From Trichoplax sp. H2 (taxonomy: Eukaryota): a stretch of DNA of 64,000 nucleotides. Below the pieces are notes generated by a model. The model saw only the letters and a list, made by a program, of their open reading frames with translations. It did not search any database and was not told the DNA's origin. A program made the translations under genes and the position numbers. Shown piece by piece: positions 38,324 through 52,400 of this stretch. How positions within the stretch are numbered: the stretch's first letter is position 1; every line of letters starts with the position of its first letter. The stretch is from assembly GCA_003344405.1 (NCBI GenBank), contig NOWV01000163.1, forward strand, positions 1 to 64,000, written 5' to 3'.

Positions 38324-40256
38324 ATGGCGTATCCATCAGGCGATAATAGCATCGATTTCGATCAAAGTGGATTTTATTCTGGTCATCAAGCACCGGCTTA
38401 TACGCCAGGAAATGATGCCGGCTATGGATATTATTCACCTCAAGAACAACAACAACAATATCCAAATTATGCAGGACAAATGACAGTTCCTTCTGGAAAT
38501 ATCGACAATAATGCCGCTCAAGTGAAGCATACCAGCTTTGATGATGAACCACCGTTGTTAGAAGGTTAGGCTACAAGCGGATTGCATGGATCGCCATCCT
38601 AAGACAATCGCATTCTATGAATATTAGTATCTTCCACTTTATGCCAACGTAGATAGTATTGCTTTTCACTATTGTAGTTCATAGTCCTTTTCCATACGTT
38701 CTGCTAACAATACAAGCACTTGTTTTTCGACAGGATGAGGTTGATAGATAGGTTAACATGAAAACAATATTCACTCATCTAGTTGTGTCTTCTTTCTATT
38801 CTTTCTCGATCGATTGGCCTGATGATAGAACTTGGAATCAACTTCCAGCATATTGTACAAAAGGTAAGTTTTACAGTCATCAGTTCACTCATAAAATCGC
38901 CTTGGAAAACTCTTTGCCAAGACTTCTCTTTGGTATGAGTAAGGCTCTACAATAGGATTGCTTTAGATAGTGACGCTTAATATGGATAGTTATGAAAATG
39001 GGAGCCGATTGCTTAGGATTGAATCTGTTGCAATGGATCACTTTCTTCCATAGCTTTTTGCCATGATACCAAAATTGTAAAGAAAGTAGTAAAATGAGTT
39101 AAAGTCGTACTCTATTTTATAAGAAGAGTTGACATACTATTCATCATTCCTTGTCAACTATCGTGGTTGAAATTGATAAGTATGATTCCGATTGGTTGCC
39201 AGCACGTAAAACAGGATTCGACATCATTTTTTTTCACACTTTTCCCAAAATTACCTGATTGGATGTATACTATACTCCCTTGAAAAGCTAATTGTCTTAA
39301 TAATGTTATATTCAGTCGATCGACTTGTATTTCTAACATAAATTGATTGGTATCGATTGTGTCTGTTCTCTTTTTCATCATCAACAACAAACATAAAGAC
39401 TGGTCATGTCTTAAATCCATTTCGTCATATTGAGCCTAGTATTATGGACGATACCGATATGGCTGGACCTTTAGTCTTTTGCCTGCTCTTAGGCGCTACT
39501 CTGCTTCTAGTAAGTAACCATTTGCAGCTCGTAACGAATGTCAATATTGTCTATAGCTTAAAATGGCGACAATATCAACGTCAATGGCCGCTAATGATTG
39601 TCGTAATGTTACGTATTTTAAAATTAAAATGATCAGTCTATGCATGTCATCAATACCAACCCAATACAATAAGACATCAACGAATAGTGGTTGTATCGAT
39701 GCTACTGTATGCAATTCTATCGACTAAAATTCAAGTAGAATCCATTTTAAACTACTGTTATTCCTCTTTCATTCATTCCTGTCTACCACTATAGACTGGT
39801 AAAGTTCATTTCGGCTACATCTATGGTGTTGGCTTAATGGGTTGTATTGGATTGTACAGCGTCCTTAATTTAATGAGTACCAATGGAGTTGCCTTGGCTT
39901 GCATTGTTAGTGTTTTAGGTTATTGCTTGTTACCAATGGTTTTTCTTTCCAGCATATCATTTATAATGTCCTTAAAGTAAGTTATGGCTTGTTGATTGAA
40001 TTAAGTGATCGACCACATCGAGATAACTGTTGTAATCACGATAATGGAGCCATCGCTTTAATAGTATTATACGCCGTATTTTAATATTTCTAGGGGCACT
40101 TGGGGCATGATTCTAGGTAGTTTTACCGTTTTATGGTGTAGTCTTTCGGCAGCGAATCTCTTTGTGGTTGCGCTATCCATGGATCAACAGAGAATATTAG
40201 TGCTGTATCCATGTGCCCTGCTGTATGGTATATTCGCTCTGCTGACGGTATTTTAA
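38324..40256 (+). CDS. YIPF5: Yip1-domain family protein (YIPF5/Yip1A-like), 5 exons
   Basis: Exons 38324-38564, 38829-38863, 39399-39509, 39795-39976 and 40094-40256 give [49 protein letters not shown] and [16 protein letters not shown]. Confidence 0.95.
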
Positions 40257-43200
40257 ACCATGTCTGGCAAGTAATCATTCTAAATCAACATGCAAGATGT
40301 ACATAAGTCATAAACACTCAACAGGAAATAAAATTAAATGGTAAAAGAGACTTTGATACACTTTCGACTGTGACGACACTAGAACGAATGGATGAGGGCC
40401 AATTCTAGAGTGGAAATAGAAATATTAATCTGTAACTTGAATTGTTTGTTTTTTAATTCAATTAATGAATCAATTATAAAATCATTTGGCCAAATGAACT
40501 TTGTGCTTTGCAAATTATATAGAATAAATCGTCGATAATGACATCACATTAAAAGCCATGTCGGCTGAATTAATCATTAACCGCATCAGCGGATATATCT
40601 ATATAACAACATCACTGCAATTTAATGTTGCTTTTATCCTATCAAGCATACGAAAGATAAGAATTTACGCAAGTATTCTGCAGCATGTTTATAAGACACC
40701 AAACTCGATCTTAATCTGTTATCTAAAATAGGCATTCATTTGCCTGTAATTCGATGTGGCAAGGCAGCCTTTAATGCTGACTTGTACGTGGTGTGTCAAT
40801 ATGATTGAAAACTATTGCATTAAAATGACTTCTAGCTCAGTTCTTGCCGTAACACTTGATGCTTTTGATAACATCAAAACTATTAAACATTCATGGAATA
40901 CGTATCTTGTCAACCGATTTAGAATACTCGTAAGTTACAATTTACATGTTGGATGCTACTTATAATTTAAAAGCTAGTTTATCCTTTGCTTAATCGGTGA
41001 TTAGACTATCAGCTTATTTGATCACGGTACAAAGGAGTTGCAGGCTTGATAGCTGTATGTTTATTCCATGTTATAGCAGAAAATCACTACATCTCAATTT
41101 GCGGTGGAGATGACATGCGATAGCAGAAATGTAATGCGTTGTGCTATAATATGCAACAAAATATCCTGCTTGTCAGGATTACAACTGCTTGCAACTTATT
41201 TCGATATTTAGTATTAGCTATCCTATATACACGTTCCAATTTCTTCGCTATTACCATAATTACTGATAGTCTTGAAGCCAATCATTGCTTTCTAGCTTCG
41301 AAATCAATTAATCAATGTCATATTCGCATCATTGCCTTATACTGTAGCCATAGCATCGAAAAGTGACTAATTAGTTTGATTATCCTGATGTGCCTTTCTC
41401 ATGAAGTTTTTTTAAACACAGATTCCATACCCTATCAACAGTACCTGCTAAGCAGGATAGAAGATACTGTAATTTAAAAATTCTCTGTCATCCAGTTTTT
41501 AGCCAATTCTTAATATAAGCGCACAATAAATCCAAATCTCCATAAATTGAACTCTTGTATTACTATGCAAGATTCTGCTGAGACAATAAGCACGCGCGAT
41601 ACTTAGCAATTTGCTATTTAATTCAAAATTTCCGTTTGTTAAGTCTATCAACATCTGTTACCTGCTACTGTATTTACAATATCGATAGGAAGTTGCATGA
41701 TTAACATTATTCATCATAGTTTGCCGTTTTAGAATGAAATGCAGAATATTGTACATAATCGTAGTACCTCGTGAGATTCAGTAAGATCAGTTGTATACAT
41801 GTAACATACACATCAATGGTTAATGATAGCATTAAATTTAACCCTTTCGCTAAGACTTAAGTGAACAGTTCATTCATGGCTTAAGTAGTTATTATTATAG
41901 CCAATTATCATCTTAACTAGGTACAAAATAGAATTAACTATTCCGTGAATAATTATAATAAAACCAGTTTTGCATTGATTATCATCCAAATATTGCCCAT
42001 GTTTACCGGTACTTTGCAGATTGAAAAATTGAATCATTTTTATAGAGCGACTACTTAACTAATATACAAGTTTGAAATTCTCTATCAGGCAACTTCTAAT
42101 AGTAATATTCCAAGTAATTTAAAGTAGGTCACTTAACAAAGCTATAATGAAAGCCCAAAAATGATGATCTTGCTTATGTCTGCAAATTCTTATGATCTTA
42201 CTGACGCAAAGGAGAATCAATTCTTCCGTTCAGTAGTCATAAGTAATACTGATACCATCACTAGTAAATCAATATACTGCGGCAAAAAAACATGAAATGA
42301 AAATACTTCTATCTGCGAATTCTTGCTACTTTAGGCATCTGAGAATAAATTTAAGTTTTGAATTGTGGCTCAATATTATTTCTACAGTATACTATTGAAA
42401 TCATTCCCAGTAGTTAAAGTAAAAAGCGTTTATTTTTAAGATTTCCTGGTTGTCATCAGAGGATTACATCTACAAAATGTTGCCGTATTGCATGGGTAAC
42501 AGAGAATTAATTTTATCCCTTAAATTATTGTGATTGCTATTGATGCCATCACAAGTAACTACAGCGAAAGACTAATAGGCAATTGAGAATTAGTTATATC
42601 ACTTGAATTCTTATGAATACTGTCGATTCCATCGCTAGTAATGATACTCAAGTATAAATTACCATTTTAAGATGATTTTAGTCTATCAAGAATTATATGT
42701 AAATCTTAATATTGAATGCTAAGGTTACTAGTCATTGCATTAGCAATTAATACCACAACATGAACTGAACGGAAGACTATCGTAACTGTAATATCCTTGC
42801 TCCAGGCTATTTTTTTCTTTACCCTTCTATTTATAGATGTATAGAGCTTGAGGTATGATTCTAGTCAGTATGAACATTTTATCGCGTTGCCTAAAATAAG
42901 GTATTTCATTTCTTACTGCTTGCTCTATCGATGGACTCGAGGCGACTACTAGTGCTTGTAGTGAATACGGTTGCTATGCCCAACCAATAACTTCTTTATT
43001 CATATTTTTCTGGAAGTGTTATTAGCATCTGTTAAAAATTACTATACAGCATGCGGTCTCCTATATTAAGCAGAAGGCTTCTTCTAATACAACTCCTTAC
43101 AGCCCGCTATTTTAAATTTATGTACCTTACTAAGTATTATGAGAGAAAGAGTTGATGAAATCCGTTCGTCTCCTGTTTACTATAGTCTTAAATACGACGT

Positions 43201-43469
43201 AGAGTGCTATGCCATGCTGTGAGTTTCCTACTTGAAAGTGAAAGGGATAACCCCTAAACGATAGCCTTGAGCAGTTTCATGAAGCTATAATTCACTATCT
43301 ATGGCAACAACTAGGCATGGCTATATGTTTAATTGTCTAGTATAATTTTCAAGTAATGATAGTTGATGCTTACCGAACTAAGTCATCCCTTAGCCTGGTA
43401 GCCTGTATGGCAATAAAATTAAACTTTGATATCTTTGTGGAATTAGAAATGTGCATTAACTGTAGGCTC

Positions 43470-45235
43470 CAAATGATAGCATGTGATCAATTGCATTAGG
43501 TGTTGCACCTGTACAAGGGCCAAAGGAGATTAATCTGAATATAAATCGTAGATTTCATCGAATGAAATAAACTTATTAAAGACAGTACATACTATGTCTC
43601 AGTTTAGATATTACCGTTGCCATATAAAATAAACATTTGAGGAAGCAAATATGTCCGATGGATAATTAAATACATTTTAGAATTGGCGATATCGTTATCT
43701 ACTCTACGCTACTATAACGCAAGTACACTGATATTATTCATTATAGAATTTACATTTTATTTATTTGCCCTTACTTTAACATTATCTAACAGATGGAATG
43801 AATTGCAGCCAAATTCAGTAGTAGACGATTTAATAATTTGAAATGAGTGTCCTACCATTGGAATACTTTCAATCAAAATATTATCATGATTAAGTTCATT
43901 TTATGGCAAGTAAAGCTTAGAATACTCTAAATAAAATTGTCTAAATCAAATTACTAGCCTTCTAATGGTAGCATGGGATCAATAAAATGTGGAGTTTCAA
44001 AGTCAAAAAGAAGAAATCTGAATATAAATTCTAAAGTTTATCGAATGGAACAGCCTTATTAGAAAAGACAGCACATACATATTCCGCAGTTTAGATACTA
44101 CCATTTTCATATTAAAATAAATATTTGATGAAGCGAATATGTTCAATTAGATTATCAAATATATTTTTAGAATTAGTGATGCTATGATTTACTTTACTTT
44201 ACTCTATTATATTTCAAGCGTACTGATATCATACATTCTAGAATTTTCGTTTTAATAATTTGCCCTCAGTTTAACCCTATCTAACAGACAGAATAGATTA
44301 CAGTCAAGTTCTTTATGGAGCAATTAATGATTTGAGATGAGTGTTTCAACGTTACGATACTTCCAATCATAATATTATCCTGATTAAGTTTTTCATTTTA
44401 CTACGAGTAAAGGCTAGATAAGTCTAAATCAAATCACTAACCTTCCGACGATAGCATGTGATTAATTATATTTGGAGTTTAAAAGTCAAAAAAGAGAAAT
44501 CTGGATATAAATTCTAGGATTTATTTAATGAAACATACTTATTTTAAAGACAGTACATACATATTCTTCAGTTTAGATATTACCGTTGTCATGTAAAGAT
44601 AAATATTCGAAAAGCAAATATGTAAATTAAATTATAAAATATTCTTTTAGAATTTGCGATGCTATTATTTATTCTACTCTACCGTATTGTATTTTGAAGT
44701 GTACTAATATTGTACATTATAGAATTTTGAATTTTCGTTATAATGATTTACATTAAGGTTAAACACTATCTAACAAGCGGAATCGATTATTGTCGCATTC
44801 AGCATTTGGCGATTTAATGATTTGAAATGAGTTGCCTACTATCAGGGTAGTTCCAATTATAATATTATCCTGATTAAGTTGTTCATTTTACCGCAAGTAA
44901 AGCTTAGAATAGTCTAAACTAAATAGTCTAATTCATATCACTAGCCTTCCGATGATAGTATGTGATTAATAATATTTGAACTTGCAGTAGTACAAAAGCC
45001 AAAAAGGAAAAATCTAAATAAAACCTAGATTTCATTTAAGGTAGCAAATACGTTAAATTAGATTATAAAATATTCTTTTAGAATTAGCAATGCTATTATC
45101 TACTCCACTCTATTATATAATAAATTTAAGCGTATTAATACTGTATGTAATAGATTTTTCGTTATAATAATTTGCTCTCATTTTTAATATTATCATGATT
45201 AAGCTATATATTTTACTGCGAATAAACCTTACAAC
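43470..45235. repeat. Diverged tandem repeat, unit ~490 bp, ~3.5 copies
   Basis: The anchor gatagcatgtgat recurs at ~43474, 43966, 44449 and 44953. Other blocks also recur (cagtttagata, ttttagaatt, ctatctaac, tgaaatgagt, aatattatc-tgattaag, gtaaagcttagaata). Confidence 0.85.
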
Positions 45236-48145
45236 TGTAGATCTATCAAAGCGGATAGTCCTTGCAGAGATAGTAAGGTAATACGCGTAGCTTTTAGGAT
45301 AAATGAACACATTGTGGTATTTTTTGATTGACTTTGATAGAAACATTTAACAAACGACTCTTTTTTGATATTTTACAGTAGACCTAGCCTATAAAGTTTA
45401 ATTATGGATGTTTTCCATGGGCTACTAAATTACATTATACTGTAATTTAGTAGTCCGTGATATTTTTAGCAGAAGAAATATAGAGTACTTTATTACTCTA
45501 GACAAACTCATTTTGTCATCAACGATTAGTGATTGGCCTACGCGTATTCCCCATCAAAGCTTTTGCTGAGCGTAAAATACATTTTGTAGGTCTCTAGACA
45601 CTATTAACACAGCCATAAAAGGCAAAAGTAAGGTGACAATAGTTATGAAGTAACAGACTTTAGAGTTTATCTCTGTTCTGACACTGTTGCAGTTAATTTA
45701 ATTAGTCAAGTAAACTTCAATAATTAATAACCAATAATATTTTTGCGCTGGACAGTGGTAGCTATTTCTATCAAATTCACTTTTCTTTGTAACTGACATG
45801 GATACAGTTTTGAATGAGATATACGGTCATGCTCAATTACATGAAAGATAAAATATCAAGGTTAAACATTTAATTAATATTTTACCTAAAATGGCACGCC
45901 AGAATAAATCTATTATGCCTTATCAATATATGCCGATAAGAAGATAACCTTATAATGCAATTGACATTTTATTTTCCACGTTAGCATATGCATTGATTTT
46001 TACGCAATTTATTTATTTAATATAAGTTGAAACCCTATGGTTAATAATTATAATCATCAAGTTTAGTTCCCCATTTTAAGTGTAAATCTAGCCAAAATCT
46101 TGCTGGGAGATAAACTAACAATTTGATTATATCTATACAGTCAGTTATATTGTAAATTTAAAGCATTGCTTCCTTAGCTTACGTTTCATTCCTCTAGGCA
46201 ATAGCAATAAGGTAAAACAAGAGTAATTGTAAACAATCATCCTATGATCAAAGAATTTAGGTGATATAGCGAAGCCATAGCTAGGGACAGAATTGCTAGT
46301 TCTATAGTTTACTATCGAGCATTGATTATGAAAGAAAGATTACGATTGCCAATTTTCATCATCATCATCATCGATTTGTTACACTTAACAATTCATTGTA
46401 CAATTCAAACTTTGCTTTTGCAGCTGATTATGAATGAGATTTTGTTATATTAATAAATTGGATTGAATATAATAATGAAGATAGGGGAGTTTATCATAAT
46501 TCAATTCATATTTCTAACACTAAGCAATAAATTGATCTGAACATTTTTAATATTATCTACTCTAAATATGATAATTTAATTATTTTTTATGGCTTGAATT
46601 AGAAACACGGAATCAATAACAAATGATGCAACGCAATCCGCACTTCAACCGAAATAAGGAATGCCAAAGCTTAAAATGAAATTTTCGTTTCATTTTTGCT
46701 ATTCTATGCTACACAAGAAAGCGTTGAGCCATGTTAACCTTGATGATAGATTATAGATTCTAAGAATTTCTCATTTCAATGACTGAGCAGCCTTTCTTTA
46801 CAGTTAAAATTTAAATATGAATTGTTGTTTATGATCCTATGCAAGAATTCAATCAGATAAAAACGTCATCATGGTATTACTGGGGCTTCTTCTTCTTGTT
46901 CTTTTGAAAGATCTAGTAGGATGAATAAAAAATCTATTAATGAATATGCCATACTACACGTATTAATTAAGCTATTCTATATATAATATCCTTAGATAGA
47001 TCAAATTATGAGATTATTAGTCTGAGAAATGTAGTTGTCTATGATCAGTAATCACAAAGAATATTCCTTCTCTTTAATAAAGATAATATACATCAAAAAG
47101 CAACAATAATTTAATAATTCATTATAAGGAGATCAAAGGTTATCCCCAGACAACAACTTTTATTCAGCATTTCCATCTGCTGTCATTAAAGTCTGAAGCT
47201 ATTGCAGATTTATTTCCGTAACTTGGATATACTGAAGAATTATTATTATGTATTGTAATCAAAAATTCAAGATCCAGTAATCTTCTACGTCAATTTTCTT
47301 ATAAGATTAAAATGGATATTAATAGTTAATGATATCGTGAAAACACTGTATTGCAACATCTTTCTGACCAAGATATCATTGATAAATGTTAACATTATTT
47401 ATTTATTTTAATCAACCAAAGCAAAACTAGTTTGGGGTATAAGATAATAATATTGGTATTCAAGGCAATATTTGTTTTCCAAAGCTTCTGTCTTAGTTCT
47501 GTTTGTTTACGACGTTGAAAATATTTATTCTCAATTATCAGTCACTATAACTAATTGTGTTAGATATCTGTAAGAGTAATTTACTGATTATTATATCTAT
47601 ATGTTCTAATTTTGCTCCTAAACTTTCATTAAAATCAAAACTGATAGATAAGACTTCGATAATATTTGCATTTGGTTTCAATCTGGCAATTCGCCATTAA
47701 ATAATCATATTATTTTATTGTATTCTATTAATTTGTTTTTCTTCCGGTAATTTTTGGTAGTTGTAAAATACTGCCACATAGTATTACTTTTATAACTTTA
47801 AACATTGGATAACATATTTTATTTTGTATTTTTAACTGATGCAACATAGCTTACTTTTATTTACTTATAGTGATAAAAAAGTATTCGATTAACTCTTCTA
47901 TTTTGTTGTATAAATTAGATGCAGCTGCAAAATTAAACTAAATCAGAATTGATTGATAAATCTGAATGTATTTGGGGGAATTTACAGCGTATCTATCGCT
48001 CAATTCATGTAATTGTAATAAAGAACTGAATTAAATCTTGAATAAATGAACTTAGATGTGTATATAGGCTAAATAATTCATCTTTCCTATCGCTAGCTGC
48101 ATATTAAATTAATTTCATTGTAAAATTGATGGAATTTCTATTTAC

Positions 48146-49466
48146 CCCAAAAGCTTTCAAGTTGCTTCGGGCGACAAATTCTTTAGGTAATTTATCGTCA
48201 CGAAATGAACTGACTTCTGCTTCTTGGCGTTCTAAATAATGATTTAATAATTCTCCAAGATATTCCTTAGCCCAGCTTTTGGGTAATTTTAAAAGGACGT
48301 ATTCATCGTCGACTTGATCATCTATTTCAGATATGGCATTATCCTTGCGCTTTTCAATCATTGCATGCCTCGACGGATAGGCATCGATCATTATTGTCGC
48401 CATGCATAATGTTAAGACCAATAAAGTGATCTGGATATATTAAAAAGAAAAAAGCATTAATAAATACAGTATATTCATTTGAATATCTGCGATATCATTT
48501 TCCCAAGCGAGCAATTATTAATCAGTGAACATGTCAACATATTCAACAGTATATATTATTAATTACAGTAGTGAAATTGATACACGTATAAACAGTTTCA
48601 GTCATTGCTTAAAAATGTAGGATTGATATATAAACATCATTAAACATGTAGAATCATCAGCAATAAGGTATAGTTACTGTACAAACGCAAAGACAATGAG
48701 TTTTCCTAAAGAGCGGAAATAGAATTAATTTTTTTCAGCTATAGCTCTAATATGATATAACGCTGATTTTTGTAATCAAAGAGTAATGTAGCTAACTAAA
48801 ATGCTTATTATGTCATATTGAAAGTAATTATTTCTCCTTAAAAATAACATTATTAACAGATCTGAAGGCTATGTGTGATATGCGTAAGAAAAGCTAGACA
48901 ATTGCAAGTATAGAATATGAAAAGAAATTTAGCAATTCTCTACTACCAAGCTAAATAAATTCTTATAAAGACATAGGAAGATTCATGGCGGTTTTATTCA
49001 TTGAATTGTTAAAAACAATCTTAATGCGTTATATATATGCATAGAAATTTAAGATTTTATATTCTAAAAGAGATAAAATCAGCTTAGGTCAAACGTTTGT
49101 GACGACTGCTATTAGAGTAACAACGAGAACGGTATTCTAAATCATAATAAACTTGGATGAGAAGTAAAACTGGCATAGGATTAAACTTTTTAAATCTGCT
49201 ATAGTTGAATTAGGTAAATTAGAAGGTATATAGGAAATTTATAATCTCTTTTAACTGATGGGCAAGTAATTGATATGGCTAGACAAAGAGATTAAGGAAA
49301 TTAAGAAAGGAAAATTTATGAAGTTTAACTATGTATTACAGCAGTCACACGGTTTTTATACGAGCACCTTTAACTTAATCATTTAGTATAATAAATTTTT
49401 AGGCCAATAAATAAATAATTCAATCGCTATCGAATTAAAATAAATCGATTTGAAACTTACCTTCAT
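48146..49466 (-). CDS. Small secreted protein / putative neuropeptide (prohormone-like) precursor; 3' exon(s) unresolved
   Basis: Exon 1 is ATG AAG|gtaagt (49466-49461) and exon 2 is 48430-48146, giving MKITLLVLTLCMATIMIDA-YPSRHAMIEKRKDNAISEIDDQVDDE…FVARSNLKAFG|gt. It has a signal-peptide-like N-terminus, a KR site and an acidic spacer, with TATATAAG at 49578-49571. A candidate last exon lies at ~46912-46870. Confidence 0.7.
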
Positions 49467-52400
49467 GGTGAAGTGTTATATATTTCAACAGTTTAGGCAA
49501 AATCCGTAAAGGAATTAGAACTTCTAATCGTAACGATTGCGTATAATGAGAGATTGAGAAAACTACTCGTCTTATATACTATCGTCGACGGTGGGAGTTG
49601 TAGACAAGTGGAACGCAGTCAACACCCACTGCTGCTGAATAAAAGCGTTGTAGTAATTAAATTTAATTAATAAAGAACAAATAGTATCTTGAATAATACG
49701 CCACCTATTAAAAAAATGAATTGAATTTAAGGTAAAATGTGCACATGTATGATTGCTGATAGCGATGACTGGCATATAATTGTACGCCATAAACTAAAGA
49801 TATGACGGAAATATGCTGTAATTTTTAGGTCATTAATCTGTTAAGAAAAGATAAAATTGAATTCAAATTAGACAATGATGTTAAAAATAGGCAACAGCTG
49901 ACAATAAGAATGGAAGTTTTTGCATTATTATTATGATTGGAGATTCATAGGTCATGTTAGCAGAATGTATTTTCAAAGGGTAATCACGATTTTCAAATAA
50001 ATAAAGAATAGAAGATAATAGATCAATTACTGGCTCAGTGATCCATTCTATTCAAGAAATTAATTTAATATAGCAACTGACGTTAAGGAGGAAATTGCTT
50101 TCTTGTTTCTTGTACTTTAACGTTGTGAAAATTAAACTAAATAGTTCCATCGATTATGATCGATAATTACTTCAAGGGAAATAATATATTAATTTAGTCT
50201 AACGAACAATCTAAGCTGAAAATTAAATCTAATGTTGTCAATTCAATAAAATCAAAATCGATTGTATGCGGTCTATCATTTTCTCTTATCTAAAAATAAA
50301 ATAATATAACACTTTCCCTTCATTCAATGAATTTTGCTGCATTTTTGTTATCTATTTATTGCTACAGCTATTTATAAAATAATCATTTCAACTGATGAAT
50401 AGCAATATCCAGGCAATAGATTAGAAAGATAATAGACAATAGATCGACCCTTACGTGATAGATATGTATGTTAAACTATTGCAGGTATTATTTTCAGTGT
50501 GAAAGTTATTAGGCTTCAGGTGTCATTTACGTTGAAAAGCAACGCTAACTTTCAATAATTTCGATTGGAGGGGCTAAAGAATTTTAAATTATTCTTTACG
50601 GGATGATCAAAAAGAAACAAAGCGATAAAGCCCCTCTAGTCATTTAATTTCAATTGGCAAATGATTTCCTGCGCTAATGTAAATCAATCTTATCAGCGGA
50701 TAATTTTGGAAAACTTTCTTTTTAGTTCTCCGTAGATAAATTTTATCATCATCGGATGATAACATGGCTCTTGGCGTGCTAGGGTTGATTAATAATTTAT
50801 AAATAACCCTATTTTTATATTATTTGTAAGGCGAGTGTGGATTTAATCAACAATTTGAATGCATTCATCAGTATTCGTTAAAACTAAGTTAACTTCCAAC
50901 AAGAGTTGAAGTAAATTGTAGACAATAGATTAATTATTATGTTTAATAGCGTAGTCAAATCAAAGTTAAAAAATCAAAGTATTGATAAGAATATTCTCTC
51001 GGATACTGACAATGACTCAATAGTATAGCAATATCGGCTGGACATATGTCTAATCAATCAGTTTTTTGCATATTACTTTAGCGAAGGCGATGATGGACAG
51101 ATATTACTAAAAAGATTTTGAGTCGCCTACATTCGTTCGCTATTATGTTTATCGCAATCAATTAGTCAAGTAGAACAATTGCAATATTAATGTAATCTAA
51201 TCCAAGTTAAAAAATTTCGCCCTGATATTGGTATTTATAGACGATGAGTATTGCATAAAAAGCGTACGAAAGTTTCATTTTTTATCGATTCCATTTGATT
51301 AATTTAATATACTCTCATCCGCCTCAATATTAATGAATACACGAGGAAGTTGTTTATTCTATAGTTGTTGATATAATTAGTTCCAATAAAACTTTTTCAT
51401 TAATATCTACTCCAATTGAAAATCGTATTCCCTAATCATATTATAGGAATAGCGTCCTAGATTTCCTTATCTCTATCAGCCACTTTATCTTAATTGATTC
51501 TCATAACATATCAGTTTCCATATCCTAGTAATACTTGTTCTGTGATTGATAGGAGCATTAAGATCATGCCAAGCTATGATTAACTATTGGAATTCTTATA
51601 ATTTTCACAGGAGATACTTCAATATGTGCTACAATAAATGACAAATGAAGAGTCGCAACATTGTATTGATTGTAATTTTAACAAGATAACCATTAATTTA
51701 CTGTTGAAAAGTTAAATGTCAAGATTTAATTTCTTAGAAATATGCATGCTATTCTGTAAATTGATGTAACCATGATATATATGATTCATTTCGAAATTAA
51801 TTTTGCAAGGCCTATAGTATCACTTTTTCTAGTTGTTTATTTTATAAAATCAATATTATTCATAAGAAATAGTGGTGACTTTAACTCTTTACGGTAATGC
51901 ATTTTATGAGTGTAGTAGTAAAATAAAGTAAAATATTATGTAACGCAATTGATAAAAAAAACTTCGTTATAGAAAGATACGCCAAGTTAGGGCGAGAAAC
52001 AGTAATCTATCACTGTATCTTGTGCAAATTGAGTGTCTTATAGCACTGGTTATCTATTCTACCTAAATTATAAATCATAACCAAGTAATAACTTCCTGAT
52101 GGGAACAGAATAGAAGTAAGATAGCTTCCTGTTATTAAAATATTTTCTCTATCAGGTATATTAGTTACCGTTAGCCATTTTACACGATCATTCAATGAAG
52201 TAGGATGTTTCTATCGATTAGCTCATCTTATTCTCCGTTAAAGTTATCTTTCATATCATTTGGTTACCTCCTGTTCATTGTATCTATCTTATAGAGCATT
52301 TTCTTGCTATTAATTTGAAAGAATTTATCGTCAGATACAAAATCCAAGCATTTATATCAACAAAATATAAATAAATTTTTTCAATAGGATATAATAACCA

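Noticed and set aside
37042-38352. Cluster of overlapping short ORFs upstream of YIPF5 (and 19383..19964)
   Set aside because: By-products of GTAC-rich, locally higher-GC promoter DNA; no recognisable protein motifs.
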